DNA from: Pavona decussata
Taxonomy: Eukaryota
Assembly (NCBI GenBank): GCA_977016875.1
Contig: CDRNST010000033.1
Span: forward strand, 992,001-1,056,000
Length of the DNA stretch: 64,000 nt
Reading direction: 5' to 3'
Shown here: one piece after another, positions 39,073 to 52,199 of the stretch
Layout: each line of letters starts with the position of its first letter
Numbering within the stretch: position 1 is the stretch's first letter
Notes under the pieces: generated by a model
The model's input: only the letters and a program-made list of their open reading frames with translations
What the model was told of the DNA's origin: nothing
The model's database searches: none
Position numbers and translations under genes: made by a program

Positions 39073-39707
39073 TAGTGTTATTTGCAGCACTTCTAACAGA
39101 ACTGTGTACTGTGTTTGACAAGTGGACAAGTTGTAACTGTGTGTCTTTAAACTGGTTGAGAAATGTGAAGTTTCTACAGTTAGGTAAAGAGTTTGGACAT
39201 GAAGGAGGAGAGGTGACCACTTGACACACAATCTGTTGGAAATTGAAAAATGCGTCGCTGTAACATATTGGCTACATCATTACAGCGGACGCCGTAAATC
39301 TCACAGTTGGAGCCACCGGAAGTGTCTCCTGATATGATATAGCTTAGCATAATTGAAACAATTGATGAAATACACATGCACTATACTTCACACTAAAATA
39401 AACTTTAATCAGATTGAATCCCTTGTAGGAAAAAACTCTCTTATCTTATATCTTTCTTATCTTTTTGCCTATGTTCCGTTCCCTGAAAAATTTAGACAGT
39501 GCTAACTGGAGTAATAAAAGAATCAAGTTTCTTCCACATACAAACAGTAATCACCATAGACCCTAGGATGTTTTGCCTAGAAATATTTTGGACCAGTCTT
39601 AATATACTTGTAGCTAAGAAAAGTCATTACTATGGGTTTCGATAAGCACTGGCAAAAGGGTTACGTCTCCGCAATTACCATATATAAATTACCCGAAGTT
39701 TAGACCC

Positions 39708-39800
39708 CCTGTGGTCTGACCTCTGGTAAGCGACCACCTCCCGTAAGCGACCACATATCCTTGACATTATAGGTGGTCGCTTACAGGAGGTTCGACTGTA
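39708..39800. mobile_element. Tc1/pogo-type MITE
   Basis: TAAGCGACCAC repeats and a GAGGTTCGACTG-TA end. Confidence 0.55.
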
Positions 39801-40409
39801 GTTCAAAACCTTTTCAAATCAAATTTCCACAATACTGCGAGCTGCATCATGATAGTAAACAACGATGGATTTTTCAGTTCATTTCAGTATCATCAAATGT
39901 GACCGGCCAACGTGACCGGCTAAACGAAAGCCGGTCAAATCCTTAATCAGGCCAGACATTGTCCGTTGACCGGCCGTTATTTCCAGACCTGGATCACTAT
40001 GACAGTGGCATGGTCCATGCATAACTTCAGCTTATGTGTGGTGATGTGCGGAAATCCTTCCGAGTTTAATATTAAAGCTAGGAGAGCAGCAAACAATCTT
40101 ACCTGCATGTTGTGACAATTCTTCTACACAACATCTGCACTTCACTACCCTGAGAGCAGTGGTTTCTACTGTTCGCAGGGTAGCACTTCGCAACACAGAA
40201 TCCATAGTATAATGTGATGCGGGTTCAGCCTTAGCTTATTACGGCCTTCTTCATTTTCCAGTGCATCCCTTGTCAGTTTACTTCAGGAATCGCCCATGTG
40301 AGCAAAAACGCCTTAGCATCCACGCCTGTTGTCCCTCCTTCACAAAGCAGTGCATTGTTTGTCCACAGGCAAGGCAAGGAAATGTTGATTGAGTCACGTG
40401 TGGTTTTTT

Positions 40410-40480
40410 TGTTTTTCGTTTTTTTTTTTTTTTTTTTTTGTTGTTGTTGTTTTGTTGTTGTTGCTTTTTTTTTTTTTTTG
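40410..40480. repeat. T-rich/(TTG)n low-complexity tract
   Basis: Seen directly. Confidence 0.9.
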
Positions 40481-40968
40481 CCATTCCGATCCGTGGAAAC
40501 TTTTCTCTGGCGAGTTTACTGCTTTCTAGTACCGGCCTTCGCCCGGCAACAGTAAACTCTCCAGAGAACATGCAAGTTGTTAAAATCGGGGGATATTCTG
40601 CAAGATCGATAGTGGTTACCTTTCAAACATTACTTAGTTTGTAATCTGTCTGAACTGAGTGATTATCCATTTACCTAAACTTCACTTCAAGGTAGCTCAG
40701 AAATCGAGGCAATCTGTAGAAAATTACTTTTCGGGCCCGAAAGTATTTCGCGCCATTTCCCGTGTATAAATCCCACTATGCAAGTAGTACTGGACTGATA
40801 TTTTCCGAAGGAAATATCATTTGTCTCTTTGATTTTCTTGATCGATTAGTCGTCATGAAAAGCTGGAAAATTGTGAACTGCCAACCTGTCTTTGGCTCGT
40901 TTGTTCTTCTTTGCAGTCCGTGCGAAATTTTAGCGATTTTCAAAGAATTGGTTGGACTTTAGAACATG

Positions 40969-41300
40969 CCTGGGGGGTGCACCGCGCTCGTACTCCCTAT
41001 AATGGCCTATACAGGGAGGCTCCGCCCGAAAGGGGTACTTTTTTCACGCTTAAGGTACATGAAAGGGTAGGGATTTCACGAGTCGAAGTATATAAAAGGG
41101 TAGGGAAATATGTCATTTAGTTATTTAAAAGGGCCTTTCTTTATTTTCCAATGGAAGGTATACGAAAGGGGTACCATTTGTCAATGGAAGGTATACGAAA
41201 GGGGTACCTTTTCTGCCAAAAATGGTATATAAAAGGGTAAGGGGTCGGACCTCGGGGCAGGGCCTCCTCGTATTAAATTTTTTTTGAGTACCCCCGGGGG
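40969..41300. mobile_element. MITE with AAAGGGGTAC subrepeats
   Basis: CCTGGGGGG..GTACTC and GAGTACCCCCGGG inverted ends; internal tandem duplication. Confidence 0.65.
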
Positions 41301-41755
41301 GGGGGGGGGCGAACAGTCTCCATATGCAGAAAATGGTGGCTTGTTTGTTTCCAAGAGAGATGTTTCGTCAAAGGAAGAAAGGTATCACAGTTGTTTGCAG
41401 ATGACGGCTGTGATAAGTCATTTATTCGAGGACTTGCATCCGGGATGTCCTATGGCTGTAAAATGTATTTTTCGTCCAGATTTGGTGCTGTCATATGTTC
41501 AAAAGTTGTTGACAAAGTTGCTTCAAGTGAATTCCCCCAACACAGACGCAAGATAACAGCCTTTGAACCGAATCCAGAGAAAAAGGTCTCAATATTGGCA
41601 GTAACAGTAACACCTACAAGTACAACTTCTTTACCAGAACCTTAAAAGAATGGAACATTCTACCTTCTTTTTTATTAGATCAGCCATCTGTGGACGATTT
41701 CAAATTTGTTATGACGAACTATTTTAGTCTCTCCCACTGATTTTGTATATTCATT

Positions 41756-41791
<36 letters not shown>

Positions 41792-42329
41792 TTTTTCTAA
41801 CATAATAGCACTGCTTCTTTCTTTTTCTTGTATTTTCAATCTTTCACATGCACATTCACAGTGATGGAAAATCTTTGTGAATTATAATATATAAATAGAT
41901 AAATAAATAAATAAATAAATGATATATAAATAAACGAGATAACTCACCACAAACGGAGAACAAATATTATAGCTGCTAACGGGAAAACGTTTTCAGTTAG
42001 TTCACTGACTAGGCGGCCGTCCGACATCGTTTACAACTTTGTGTTGACATGTAATTATAACTTTTCATAAGGTACGTTGTTGCAATTAATAATGGCAAGT
42101 TTTCAGCTTTAATTATAGCTAGCTCAGTCAGAATGCACTGGAAGATTTCTGGGGAAAATTTATAAAAATAACCAATGACCATGTTAATAAATAACCTTTC
42201 TAGTGCCAAGTTAAAACTGAATGAATGGTCAAAGAGGAAACTACGGTTCAGTAGGTTTCGTTTTAATTGCTACACTTTAAGATATAATCCACACACTCAG
42301 AAGTTGAACCACTTTCTAGTCAGCATAAT

Positions 42330-42415
42330 CAACCTCGTTCCCAGCGCCTTTTCCCTGGCTTGGCCCAGCCCCGCCCTGCCGCCAAGCCAGCGAAAAGGCC
42401 CTGGGAACGAGGTTG
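42330..42415. mobile_element. 86-bp palindromic MITE with a 9-bp TSD
   Basis: CAACCTCGTTCCCAG...CTGGGAACGAGGTTG flanked by CAGCATAAT on both sides. Confidence 0.9.
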
Positions 42416-42569
42416 CAGCATAATTAACAGCGCCACAGGAAAGCGATACCCAATAGCTTTCCTTTAAGATGGTCACACTCCAGGGCCCAATTGTTCAAAG
42501 CCCGATTAAGCTAATCCTGGATTAACGTGAACTTTGATTCGAATTTAATTTTTCCAAAACAATTTTGCC

Positions 42570-42908
42570 CTTCGACGGAAACGGAACGTAAAAAATTACG
42601 GTCGCGTCTTCTGAATAAATTCGCGATGATTTATATTCTCTAAGTTTGTGTAAAATGGCCGAACTATCGAGGAGCTAACGTCGTAAGGGCACCTTTAAAG
42701 TTCCGAAAGAGAAAGGAAAATTAATTATCATGCGTTCGCGTTCTACATAAAACCTTAAATTTAATCATTTCACGTTGTTGTTTTGCAGAGGACGACAAAG
42801 AAATGTACCAAAGTGTATAACGCACGTGTAGAGCCAGTGTTTTGCTAATTACAACTATTGTATTCTGACGTTCTCGTTGACGTCGTCGTCGTTGCTGCCT
42901 AAGGTCCC
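42570..42908. mobile_element. Truncated MITE of the same family as 44061-44428
   Basis: Shares TTTCACGTTGTTGTTTTGCAGAGGACGACAAAGAAATGTACCAAA and the AGGTCCCT end. Confidence 0.7.
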
Positions 42909-43458
42909 TATTCACTTGCTACTGACTTGTTAGAGTACGTCCCATCTGTTGCCCTCTTTCTCTGTGAGCTATCCTTCTTACTTGTTTTAAATGTTCTTTC
43001 TGGATGAAGAATTTTCTCCCTGTGTTTAACAGTTACTACACTCAAATGACACCCATCTCAGAAAGGTAACTGTCCTAGAATTGAAAGGCTCTAGTTCTTT
43101 TGTTTTCAAGTCCGTTACTACATTTAGTTGGTTCTGTCCTTAAGTATTTTAATTGATGTTTCTTAGACACTTGTTAGGACATCTGAATTTGTTTTTTAAT
43201 ATATTGCTCATTCTATTTTATAACAATTTTTAAATTTGCAAGTATAAATGAATTTGCTTTAAGCCATTTATCTAGTACATAACATTTTTTTCACATTTTA
43301 AAGATTCAAACGGACTAGCAAAGCCTCCATGGCAGGTCTCAATTTTTTCTAGTAGTTTGGGAAACTTCTTTGACACTATGAAAGACTCAGAGCAAGTGTT
43401 TGGCACTGTAAAGGATACTATTGAATTGCCACTGTGGCAAATAGACCTGTTTGATTTA

Positions 43459-44595
43459 GGCTTGGGGCAAACGTCGAATCTTCGTCGAACTTAATTCGTC
43501 GAACCTATTAATTTTGAAATAGGCGCATGAATGGTCCGACGTTTGCCGCAATTAAGTTCGACTCAAATTAATTGGTTCGACTCCAGCATAAGTTCGACTT
43601 GCCAAGTCGGATAATGCGACAGTGGTTCGGCGTTACAGCAAACGCCGTTCTGAACACGCGCTGAACTCAATTCATAAATCATGCAAATTACAAAATAATT
43701 GATTCAAATGTGATGGACTGCGCAAACGACACAAAAATACCTACTTCCCCATCTGCCAAACACTATTTCCCCTCCTGACGAGCATGCGCTGTACAAAGAC
43801 AATTTCGCGACCAGAAATGGCGAGCTATCGAAAGCCATTGTTGACATCGCAAAGCGTGATGGAAATGTGTTTTTCGTGTTTCATGAACACTAAATATAAA
43901 TGATTGAAATGCGAATTGCCTATTTGCAATAAATTCTCAGTGTTTGAGTCTTCTCTTTCTATTTTTCGCAATTAAATTGCCAAAGAAAAGCCCGACGAGC
44001 ACTGTATTTCGGCACTTCGCTAGCAAGTCCTAGTAATAACTAGCCGCGCATCGAGTGAATAGGGACCTTACGAATGCAAGACGGTGACGCCAACGAAAAC
44101 GTCATTTGAAAGTATAAATTTATTTCATTTGTGCTACTTCGCGATTATTTTAACTCATTCAACTTGTACACAAACGACGAACTACCCAGGAACCAAATTG
44201 GTGGGAGTACCGTTCAAGTTAAGGAAGAGAATGAAAAATTCACTGTCGTGTGTTCACGTTCTCCACAAAACCTTGAATTTGGTCGTTTCACGTTGTTGTT
44301 TTGCAGAGGACGACAAAGAAATGTACCAAAATGTAAAACGCACGTGCAGAGCGATTGCTTTTGCTCATTAAGCCTTTTGTGTTGTGGCGTTGTCTTCGCC
44401 GTCGCCGTGGTGTTTTCGTTAGGTCCCTAATAGCACGGGGACACGTGCTTATTCCTGTGTTTCACGAAGTGCAACTTGTGAATTAGGGTCTACGCAGGTT
44501 CGACGTTTGCTACCACACTGGAATTAAGTCGACTCTTTGTCGAACCTATTTTTAATAAATTCGACGCGACTTAGATTCGACGTTTGCCCTAGGCC
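43459..44595. mobile_element. Harbinger-type non-autonomous element
   Basis: GGC(T/C)T(G/A)GGGCAAACGTCGAATCT TIRs; TTA TSD. Confidence 0.8.
44061..44428. mobile_element. MITE nested in 43459-44595
   Basis: AGGGACCT..AGGTCCCT ends; AAT TSD. Confidence 0.8.
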
Positions 44596-44716
44596 TTAGT
44601 TTAAGCTTATAGCTGCCAATGCCACATTAGCATGTTTTATTTTATTCCTTATGAGAACAACAAAGGAAATTAATGGTGTTATCTAGTGGTAATCATTTTA
44701 GTTTTAAACATCTTAA

Positions 44717-45085
44717 AGGGGAAGTATCACGAAAATTTGCTGTCATTTCAAAACCCAAAAATGTTTGACTGTCAATAGAAACAACGAAATAATTGTCAAA
44801 TTTGTTAAAAATTATCACCCCAGTGCAATAAAACTGTCGATTAGTGCCTCTGGCCAGAGACAGAGTAGGCCTGTGTAGATTGAAACTTGAAAAATATTAG
44901 GCTAATGTTTTTCAAGTTCTCGCATTTTTGTTTCCAAAATGCGCTAGAACAGATCACAAGTTGTTTCTTTCAAGAATTGAGTTGATTTCGTTCCTCTCGT
45001 CATTCTAGAATTATTTGGCAGGTGATTGAAGGTCTTATTTCATCACTTTTAACAAAAGATATTAAAAACCCCATGATACTTCCCT
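44717..45085. mobile_element. Kolobok-type MITE
   Basis: TTAA on both sides; AGGG(G)AAGTATCA inverted ends. Confidence 0.75.
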
Positions 45086-45139
45086 TTAAGGACCCACCAA
45101 ATGCTAAAAGGTATTAGAATCACCCTTCTGCGTGCGCAC

Positions 45140-45610
45140 TCACTTCAAACCGACAGAAACTTTCCAGTACACGCTCTATCAAAGGCGAAACCTTAAGACT
45201 TCTCAAAACAAAATCTTCAAAAACAATATTTGAAGAAAACATTACTCTATTCAACAGAGATTACGCTACAGAGGTTACCCCGATAACCTAATAGATAAAA
45301 CTCTCTCAGAAGTCTATCAGCGAAAGAATGTCGGCACTACAAAACAAACAAAAAACGCGCAAACACGTTTTGCAGTTTGTAACGGAATATCGCCCATCTG
45401 TACCTAACCTAAAAACCATTCTGATGAGTAAATGGCATTTGATAGAAAACCAGCCTCTGCTAAGAGAGATCTACAAAGATCCTCCCCTACTTCGTACAGA
45501 AAAGGGAGCCATGATCTTTGAAAGACGTATACTCGTAAGAGGAGAGCTTTGAAGGTCATGTACTTCTTATCTCGACTAATAGGAGTCGTGTTTGGCCTGT
45601 CTTCATTATT
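45140..45610 (+). mobile_element. Penelope-like element fragment
   Basis: IKGETLRLLKT and FVTEYRPSVPNLKTILMSKWHLIENQPLLREIY (post-RT region). Confidence 0.65.
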
Positions 45611-46595
45611 TTACCATCAGCGTTAATGTGTGTTACATTTACGGTTGGTATTACATTTAGCGTTGTTATTCCATTTAGCGGTGATACAGGGGGTTCTGGC
45701 AGCGCGCCGCCAAACGTTGTTAGGTTTAGCTTGGGCGCAATTTGTCGTGGGATGTCAATGCGCATTGAATTTATTACACGGCAAGCAAATTTCGTATTTC
45801 GGTAAACCTCTCTTACCAATGTGAGCCGAGTCTCAACTCTTTCTGGTCTGCCATTTGCAAAACTTCGCACGCCATCACGTCGTCCCGTTAAGGTTACCCG
45901 ATACCTTCAGAGGTGTCTCACGTCCAAGCGATGTAGCGCGTCCGGTTTAAACTGTAGATACCTGAACGCTGTATCAAATTAAAGCTTATAGAGCCGGCTA
46001 TCAAACGATACGAATAATTTTGAAATGAAGTGAATTGTCGAATTTTCACATGACCTCTAAATGCGAGTGTCTGAATCACCTTCAAGGTTTCTCCTAATAA
46101 ATAAAAGCAACCAAGTATAGTCCTTGGTATCGTCGAGGTGTCAACTCTTTTAACGAATTGGTGGTTAAAGCTTTTGCATCTTTCCAAATGCAGTGCGTAG
46201 GTGGTCTAGGTGGCTCTCAGTAAGTCTTTGTTTTGCATTAGCACTTGTTTTGCGCGGACGAAAAGTACAGGCAAAATTATTTAAAAAAAAAAAGACAAAT
46301 GTGACACTTGAATATATATTGATCAGTGTCACGTTGCTTATGACTACTTCTTATTGTACATGTGTGGGTTTTGTATCCAGTACTGGTAAAATCAAAGCAA
46401 AAGTAGCCACCCTAATGAGTAAATAATTGGTGTCCAGCGCGCTAAAACAAGTGTGACCAAAATTGGCCGAGAAAGTGCTACGACTTTTCATGATCAATCC
46501 CAAAGCGCTGTGAAGAAAGGCCAAAGCAAAAAAATCACTTTCGACACATAGTTGAGAGTGGTCAATCTACAGTCATAAGTTAAAAACGGCTATAT

Positions 46596-49500
46596 TTAAC
46601 GCACGAAAATGTTCCAAAAGTCTCCTTTAGAAAATGTAGTATCACTGGATCCCTCGTCACATTCCCATCTTCCACTGAAGATTGTCCAGTGATGCAGCAA
46701 AGCGACAAAAGCAGCGTGATCGTACAGACGCTTTTCTCCCTGTTTGCTGTGGTGTCCCCATTTTCCCACATAATGAGCTCCGTCGTTTCCCCATGCGCTG
46801 CATTTATCCGCCAGATAAGAGGTGTCATCTTCCATTTTAACAAACGAGCCACAAGAGGCAGGCAGGACATTTGTCTGTCCACTGAAGTACCGGACTACAG
46901 CTTCACCTGTGCTGTTAAGGACCGTGGTCACGTGGAACGTACGTCCCTGTTGTTTTCTGCAGTGGAATCTCAGCTGGGTGAAAGACAAGTGTGTTCTGAG
47001 CTCATTCATGGCGGTGTTTGTGATTCCCATTCGGTTGTTCTGATAGTTGCTGATCCCGCGGTATGTTGTCTCAGCAGTCCAATCAGGGGGAGGGTTAGGA
47101 CCGTCTACAATCAAGTTAGCGACAAGTAGCCAGCCCCCTGATGATGATAGAAAGCAATTAAAGCTTCACCAAATAAAGTAATCTTGATTCAATATCTCTA
47201 CAACGTTTCCAAACAACATCCCAGCCCTTTCCGGAAAGAAGATATCGTTAATAAAACCCGAAAATAGAGACTATTCCAAATTATCATCTCTGTCCCATAG
47301 AAATTATGATATCAAGTTCAATTTGTGACCAGGAAGTACGAAAGAAAAACTGTATGAAGGATTTTATATTTTATCACTTGTAGATAATTTTGACATTGTT
47401 TTCTTTTTATCAGAGATATCCTGAATGCGATATAATAAAGTTTTCTTATCTCATATTTGAGAATATGTGAACTGCAAAGAAACTACCGAAAATACCCATA
47501 TAATTAACTGATGTCTTTAAATTTAATGCGATTAGTCTGAATTGAATTAGATATTTTTTAGCGAATGTAAATTAGCGTTTTTGTCTTTTTAATTTTATAA
47601 CAAGACCCCACAAGCAACAGCTTTAATTTTTATCGTGTTTAAATAATAGACATTGTATTGTATTGTATTGTATTGTAAATACCTTTGTAGCGAACTTATA
47701 CGAGTAGCGAGTTATGGCTGTTAGCTGAACGCGAAACTATCAAGGGTCCATGACCGTCGAACTTAAGGTTTTCGGAACTTAAGGTAGTCCTGCTCAAAAC
47801 ACAAGTCAAAGACGCACCAGATTCATATTGTATCGTGCACAAAATGGACCGCATTTATGCTTGGGTGTAATTTTGCAATGAATAATAACCTCCGTCCGTT
47901 GTCATATCGCAGTAAACTTTTAATTGGTTTCCATTCTTGTCTGGGTCAATCCAGTAGTCCCCGTCTCCTCTTGCGTCTCCAGAGTCCAGAATGTGCTTAC
48001 AAGAATGTCCAGCATTTGAAGCAATAAACCCGAGTCTTGCTGGGGATGGTAAAACAGAGAAGATTAAGAAGTTACGACAGACTGAACACAGGCCATCCAA
48101 AAAGGGCTGTGACGTGAGCAAAACTACATTTCTCTCACTCGTTCTTAGAAGTGGTGATTGGAGTTTCCCCGTGAATTAATCACAGATTTTATCCGACCAA
48201 ACTTCCCGAACTGAATAAAAACCAACGAAATTAACCGATTCTGGCAACTGAAACAGAAGAAAGGGTTTTAACCCTTACAACTTTCTTAAAAAAGTGCACA
48301 GGCGGGCAGAATTTGACTTTCACTCACGTGTCAGGCATTTTGGCCCCTTGTATCCAGGCAGACAATCGAAGTCTTCTTGTTGAGTCTCGAAAGTGTTTTG
48401 AGAACAAAAAACCTACGGATGAAAGACACTTTAGTTTGCATATTTGCTAAGTTACACTGGTTATAGATTCAGATTCACGTTCTGTGGGTGCATTGATTTA
48501 ATTGTAAAATTGTGCCTTATGAAATTTCAAGATAAATAAATAAATCGTTTATTAGACATCATACTGCACAGTCGTACAACTCAATTATGTACAATAAACA
48601 GAAAAGAAAAGATTAATTGCAATAAAAATATTTGAAATTTAAGGTTTTACATTACATTGCCAATTGCTAAAAGATTGCTCAAAACACGGCGTTGTGTATT
48701 TTGTAGATAAACAAAATGGGACCGTGGAATTTCGAAGATATGGCAAGTGAATTTGTATTTATTTTTAAACTAGACATCGTAATTGTTTTGCATTGGCTCC
48801 ATGCAATTTTGCACAAGTCGTGTTTATTGTAATGTCACTGTATTAAACGCAAGAAAACTGGAGTTAAAAGTCGTTTAAATCGACTTTTTAAACCTCCGAT
48901 AAACAAAAGTTTAAACTTTTTTTTTCGAAAGCACGGAGCCTTTATCCTGTTTACAACCCCAGATCCCTTCATTTGAAAGGGGATGAAAAGATTTACAATT
49001 AGTGTTATCTGGACAGTTCAATTTGCAAATTAATTTACACTGAATCTGTCACCAGAAATAGATATATTTCTTTCAGCAAGCTTCTTTTCTTGCTAACTGT
49101 AGAGATCTCATTCGTCATAACAGTCGACCTGTTGAAGCACCGGCGGCTGAAATTTTCAATTTCATTTCGCAGAAAGTACGGATGATTCGCTAAGCTGTTT
49201 GCAACCCCTGTTTGTTTCAGTTGATAAGAGCTTGAAGGATTTGCGTTTCGTTAAGAATGTTATTGTCATAACAAATAAAGAGGATTTCCAAGGCTTATGA
49301 CAGGTCAGGGTGCCGTTTTTGCCGTACCTACGTAATGACCTCTTATTTCTGTTTTCAAAGATATCCACTCTGGGTAGCGAGTTTGAAAATTTCCGTTTTA
49401 GGAGCATGGGGACTGCTGGCAGATAGAACATTAAACCTGCCTTTTCAATAAACGTACCGGGACTGCGCCGTAGTAATTGAAGTCCTGCCTTATTTTCAAA

Positions 49501-50075
49501 TCACCTGGCCTCGATATTCGTGAATGGTTATTTAACTCGCAGTGCCTATTGCCAATATTGTATGATTGACAGGTGTCATTTCTTATACATTTCCCAGCAC
49601 ACTCCGTATGGTCAAGAACAACACAGGTATGGAATATATGACCAAATAACGCATACCCTGCAAAATAATAGAAAGTGCAATGCATGAGACAATAATCGAG
49701 ATACGACTTTCAACTTGGGAAGGAGAGCAAAACACAGGGCTTTGTAAAATAGAAAATAGACCTACTTTTCAGATACTTTAGATCGCTGGATATGTAAGCC
49801 AATTTTTGAAACATTTCAAAAAAGTTTGGCAGTTTACTCTAAATATCAGATGGTCTTCTTAAAGAATTGAAATTTGAAAATTCGATTTATGTAACATGGA
49901 ATTTAACATTACTATGAAAATAAACAAGGGGTTTCAGATGAACTTATCGGTAAAAATATACCAAACTCTCACCTTCGAAAGTTTCAAACACGTTCGCACA
50001 ATCTTCGGCTGTGGATGAAAACAAGGATGCCCTCCAGAACATGATGAAAAATGAAATGTGAACGGCTAGAAACAT
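46596..50075 (-). CDS. Secreted PAN/apple + EGF-like + fibrinogen-related-like protein, 5 coding exons (50075-49973, 49657-49458, 48412-48328, 48039-47890, 47137-46596), 359 aa
   Basis: Hydrophobic signal peptide; ECAGKC..CQSYN..CELN; CLPGYKGPKC; SCKHIL..DGDYWIDP..VYCDMTTDGGGWLLV; all GT-AG junctions phase-compatible (1080 nt). Confidence 0.85.
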
Positions 50076-50197
50076 CGCGGCAGCAGTCGACTGTGGAGAA
50101 AAGCACACACAGCAAGTTATGAAATACAGGAGCAAATTTATTGTTAGACTATCACTTTAGTGAAAAAAATAGGAACAAAAAAACTGAAACGAGCAGC

Positions 50198-50835
50198 AGG
50201 TGTTACTAAAGTGCATATCAGCAGACCGCGGAACCTGCGGAACCCGTATTTTTTCACCAAAGGAAAAAAAATGGAGGCTTTGTTTCTTTCACTTTACCTT
50301 TACCTGCCCCGGAGATTTCCTGTTTTGGATTGCATTGGAGTCAATTGTTGTAAGAACGTTCCATGGTAGCTAAAACATGTAGTAGCAAATGCCCCTACCG
50401 GCGGCGAGGCTGTTTTGTTGCATGTAGGGAACAAAACACGAACAAAAGTTTACCGGGATGTACGAGTTAACAGGCAGCGGGGATATTTCAAACGTAAGTG
50501 AAGTTTGTTTGCTTTCGTTCCATCATTTAGTGTCTGCGTTAAACTGGAGAAGCCTTTAGATAGAAGTTAGGATGAACAAGCCACTGCCGTTGACATTTTC
50601 AAATGTATTCAAACTCATGTCTAAACTCGCTCGCCACTCGCCATCTTGGCGAATGAAACAGCACCATGTGACTCGCCCCTTTTGGTCGCGCATATCCGCG
50701 GAGAGGAATGTAGCAAAAATGGCTATTAAAGCTGGAAGTCAAAGACAATAAATGAAGTACTACAAAACTTATCAAAAGGGAAAATAAAGGTTCCGCAGAT
50801 TCTGCGGTCTGCTGATCCGCACTTTAGTAACACAC
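50198..50835. mobile_element. MULE-type MITE
   Basis: GTGTTACTAAAGTGC..ATCAGCAGACCGC TIRs; 9-bp TSD AC(G/C)AGCAGC. Confidence 0.75.
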
Positions 50836-50899
50836 ACCAGCAGCCTGCATTTAACATGGCAAATATGACAACAACAAAAAAATAATAATCTATGAATGC

Positions 50900-51360
50900 G
50901 CCACTTTGCATCAAGTATAGCTCAAGGTGTCGCTCAAGGTATGCTAAGCAGACACAATTACTCCTCAGAGAGAAGAAAGAGCTCAACAGCTTCACCACCA
51001 GCTGCTATAGAAAAACTCCTGGGTATTAAGAGAATGGACTTCATCTCGAATGAAGAAGTACTCAAGAGAGTGGAACAAAATCTGCTCATCCACCTGATTC
51101 AACAACGACAGCTTCACTTCTTAGGGCATATCCTCAGGAAACCAGGGAATGAATTGGTCAACAGGTACGCCCTTTTCCACCCTAAACATGGCAAGCGTAA
51201 GCCCGGTCGCCCAAGGCTGATGTTTCATCAGTACATTGCCAGCGTAATCAGCTAGCCAGGCATACCCACCAACGCCAGAAGAGATTCGAAGCATGGTGCA
51301 AGACCGGAAGGCGTGGAGAAAGCTCGTGACCGACTGCAGTGCAGTTGGCTGATGATTATT
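50900..51360 (+). mobile_element. 3' end of an RTE-type LINE
   Basis: ISNEEVL..RQLHFLGHILR..GKRKPGRP..QDRKAWR and a TGATGATT tail. Confidence 0.75.
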
Positions 51361-52199
51361 TACCGTAAACAATTGCAAGGTCTTTCCAAAGGAAAGAGGA
51401 AAATACTTCAAAAAGTATAAAACCATTATGTCTCAATTAGGGAACAACCACGCACCAACCAAAAGGAAAGTTTGTGTAATAACAAGACAGAAGAAGCCAT
51501 TTCTATTCGTGTCAACGCAAAACGGTAACTTTCTTGTTAAGGGAAGTAAAGGATCGCTTCATTAAACATTGAAACTAAAGGAATTACAAAATTAATTTAA
51601 GACCCCATTTTTCTAAGTGACGCAGTGAATTTGTTTGATCAGGGTTTTATTCTTGTTTAAATTTGTTTGCTCTTACTAATAAGATATGAATATCTTTAGC
51701 GTTCGAAAAAGTTGCAGAAAAGTGTTCTGTGCTATGCTTATTACAATGAATTGTGTTGTTCTTGTTTACTTCAACTTCAATGCCCTCGGGTAAGTAAAAT
51801 AAAATTTTCACACAACTGAATATTAGGAGAATATATATATGCACTCTGTTTATAACCGTTGTTACTTACCTTCAGTTTTCATTAAAATATTTTGTTGCCA
51901 AATTTCTTTGAAACCACGACATCGATTCCAAAACGTTACTTACGATTAAAAACCCTTTGTTTATTCGCCTTCAGCGCTGGATTGTAAATACATTTGGCTA
52001 CCGTAAAGCTATTAATTATTAACAACTGACAGCCCGATTTCATTTGAGTGACAATTGAAATAAATATATATATGTTTTTTCACTTATCTCGCAAATATAA
52101 ACATTCTCAGAAACAAGAAAGATGGTATTATAAGTTAGTGAAACAAAAAATTGGATAAAAGAATCCGAGTTCTCTCACTAGTTCTCTGAGTTTTACATC

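Noticed and set aside
40278-40644. Poly-K/poly-F ORFs
   Set aside because: Translation of a low-complexity T-rich tract
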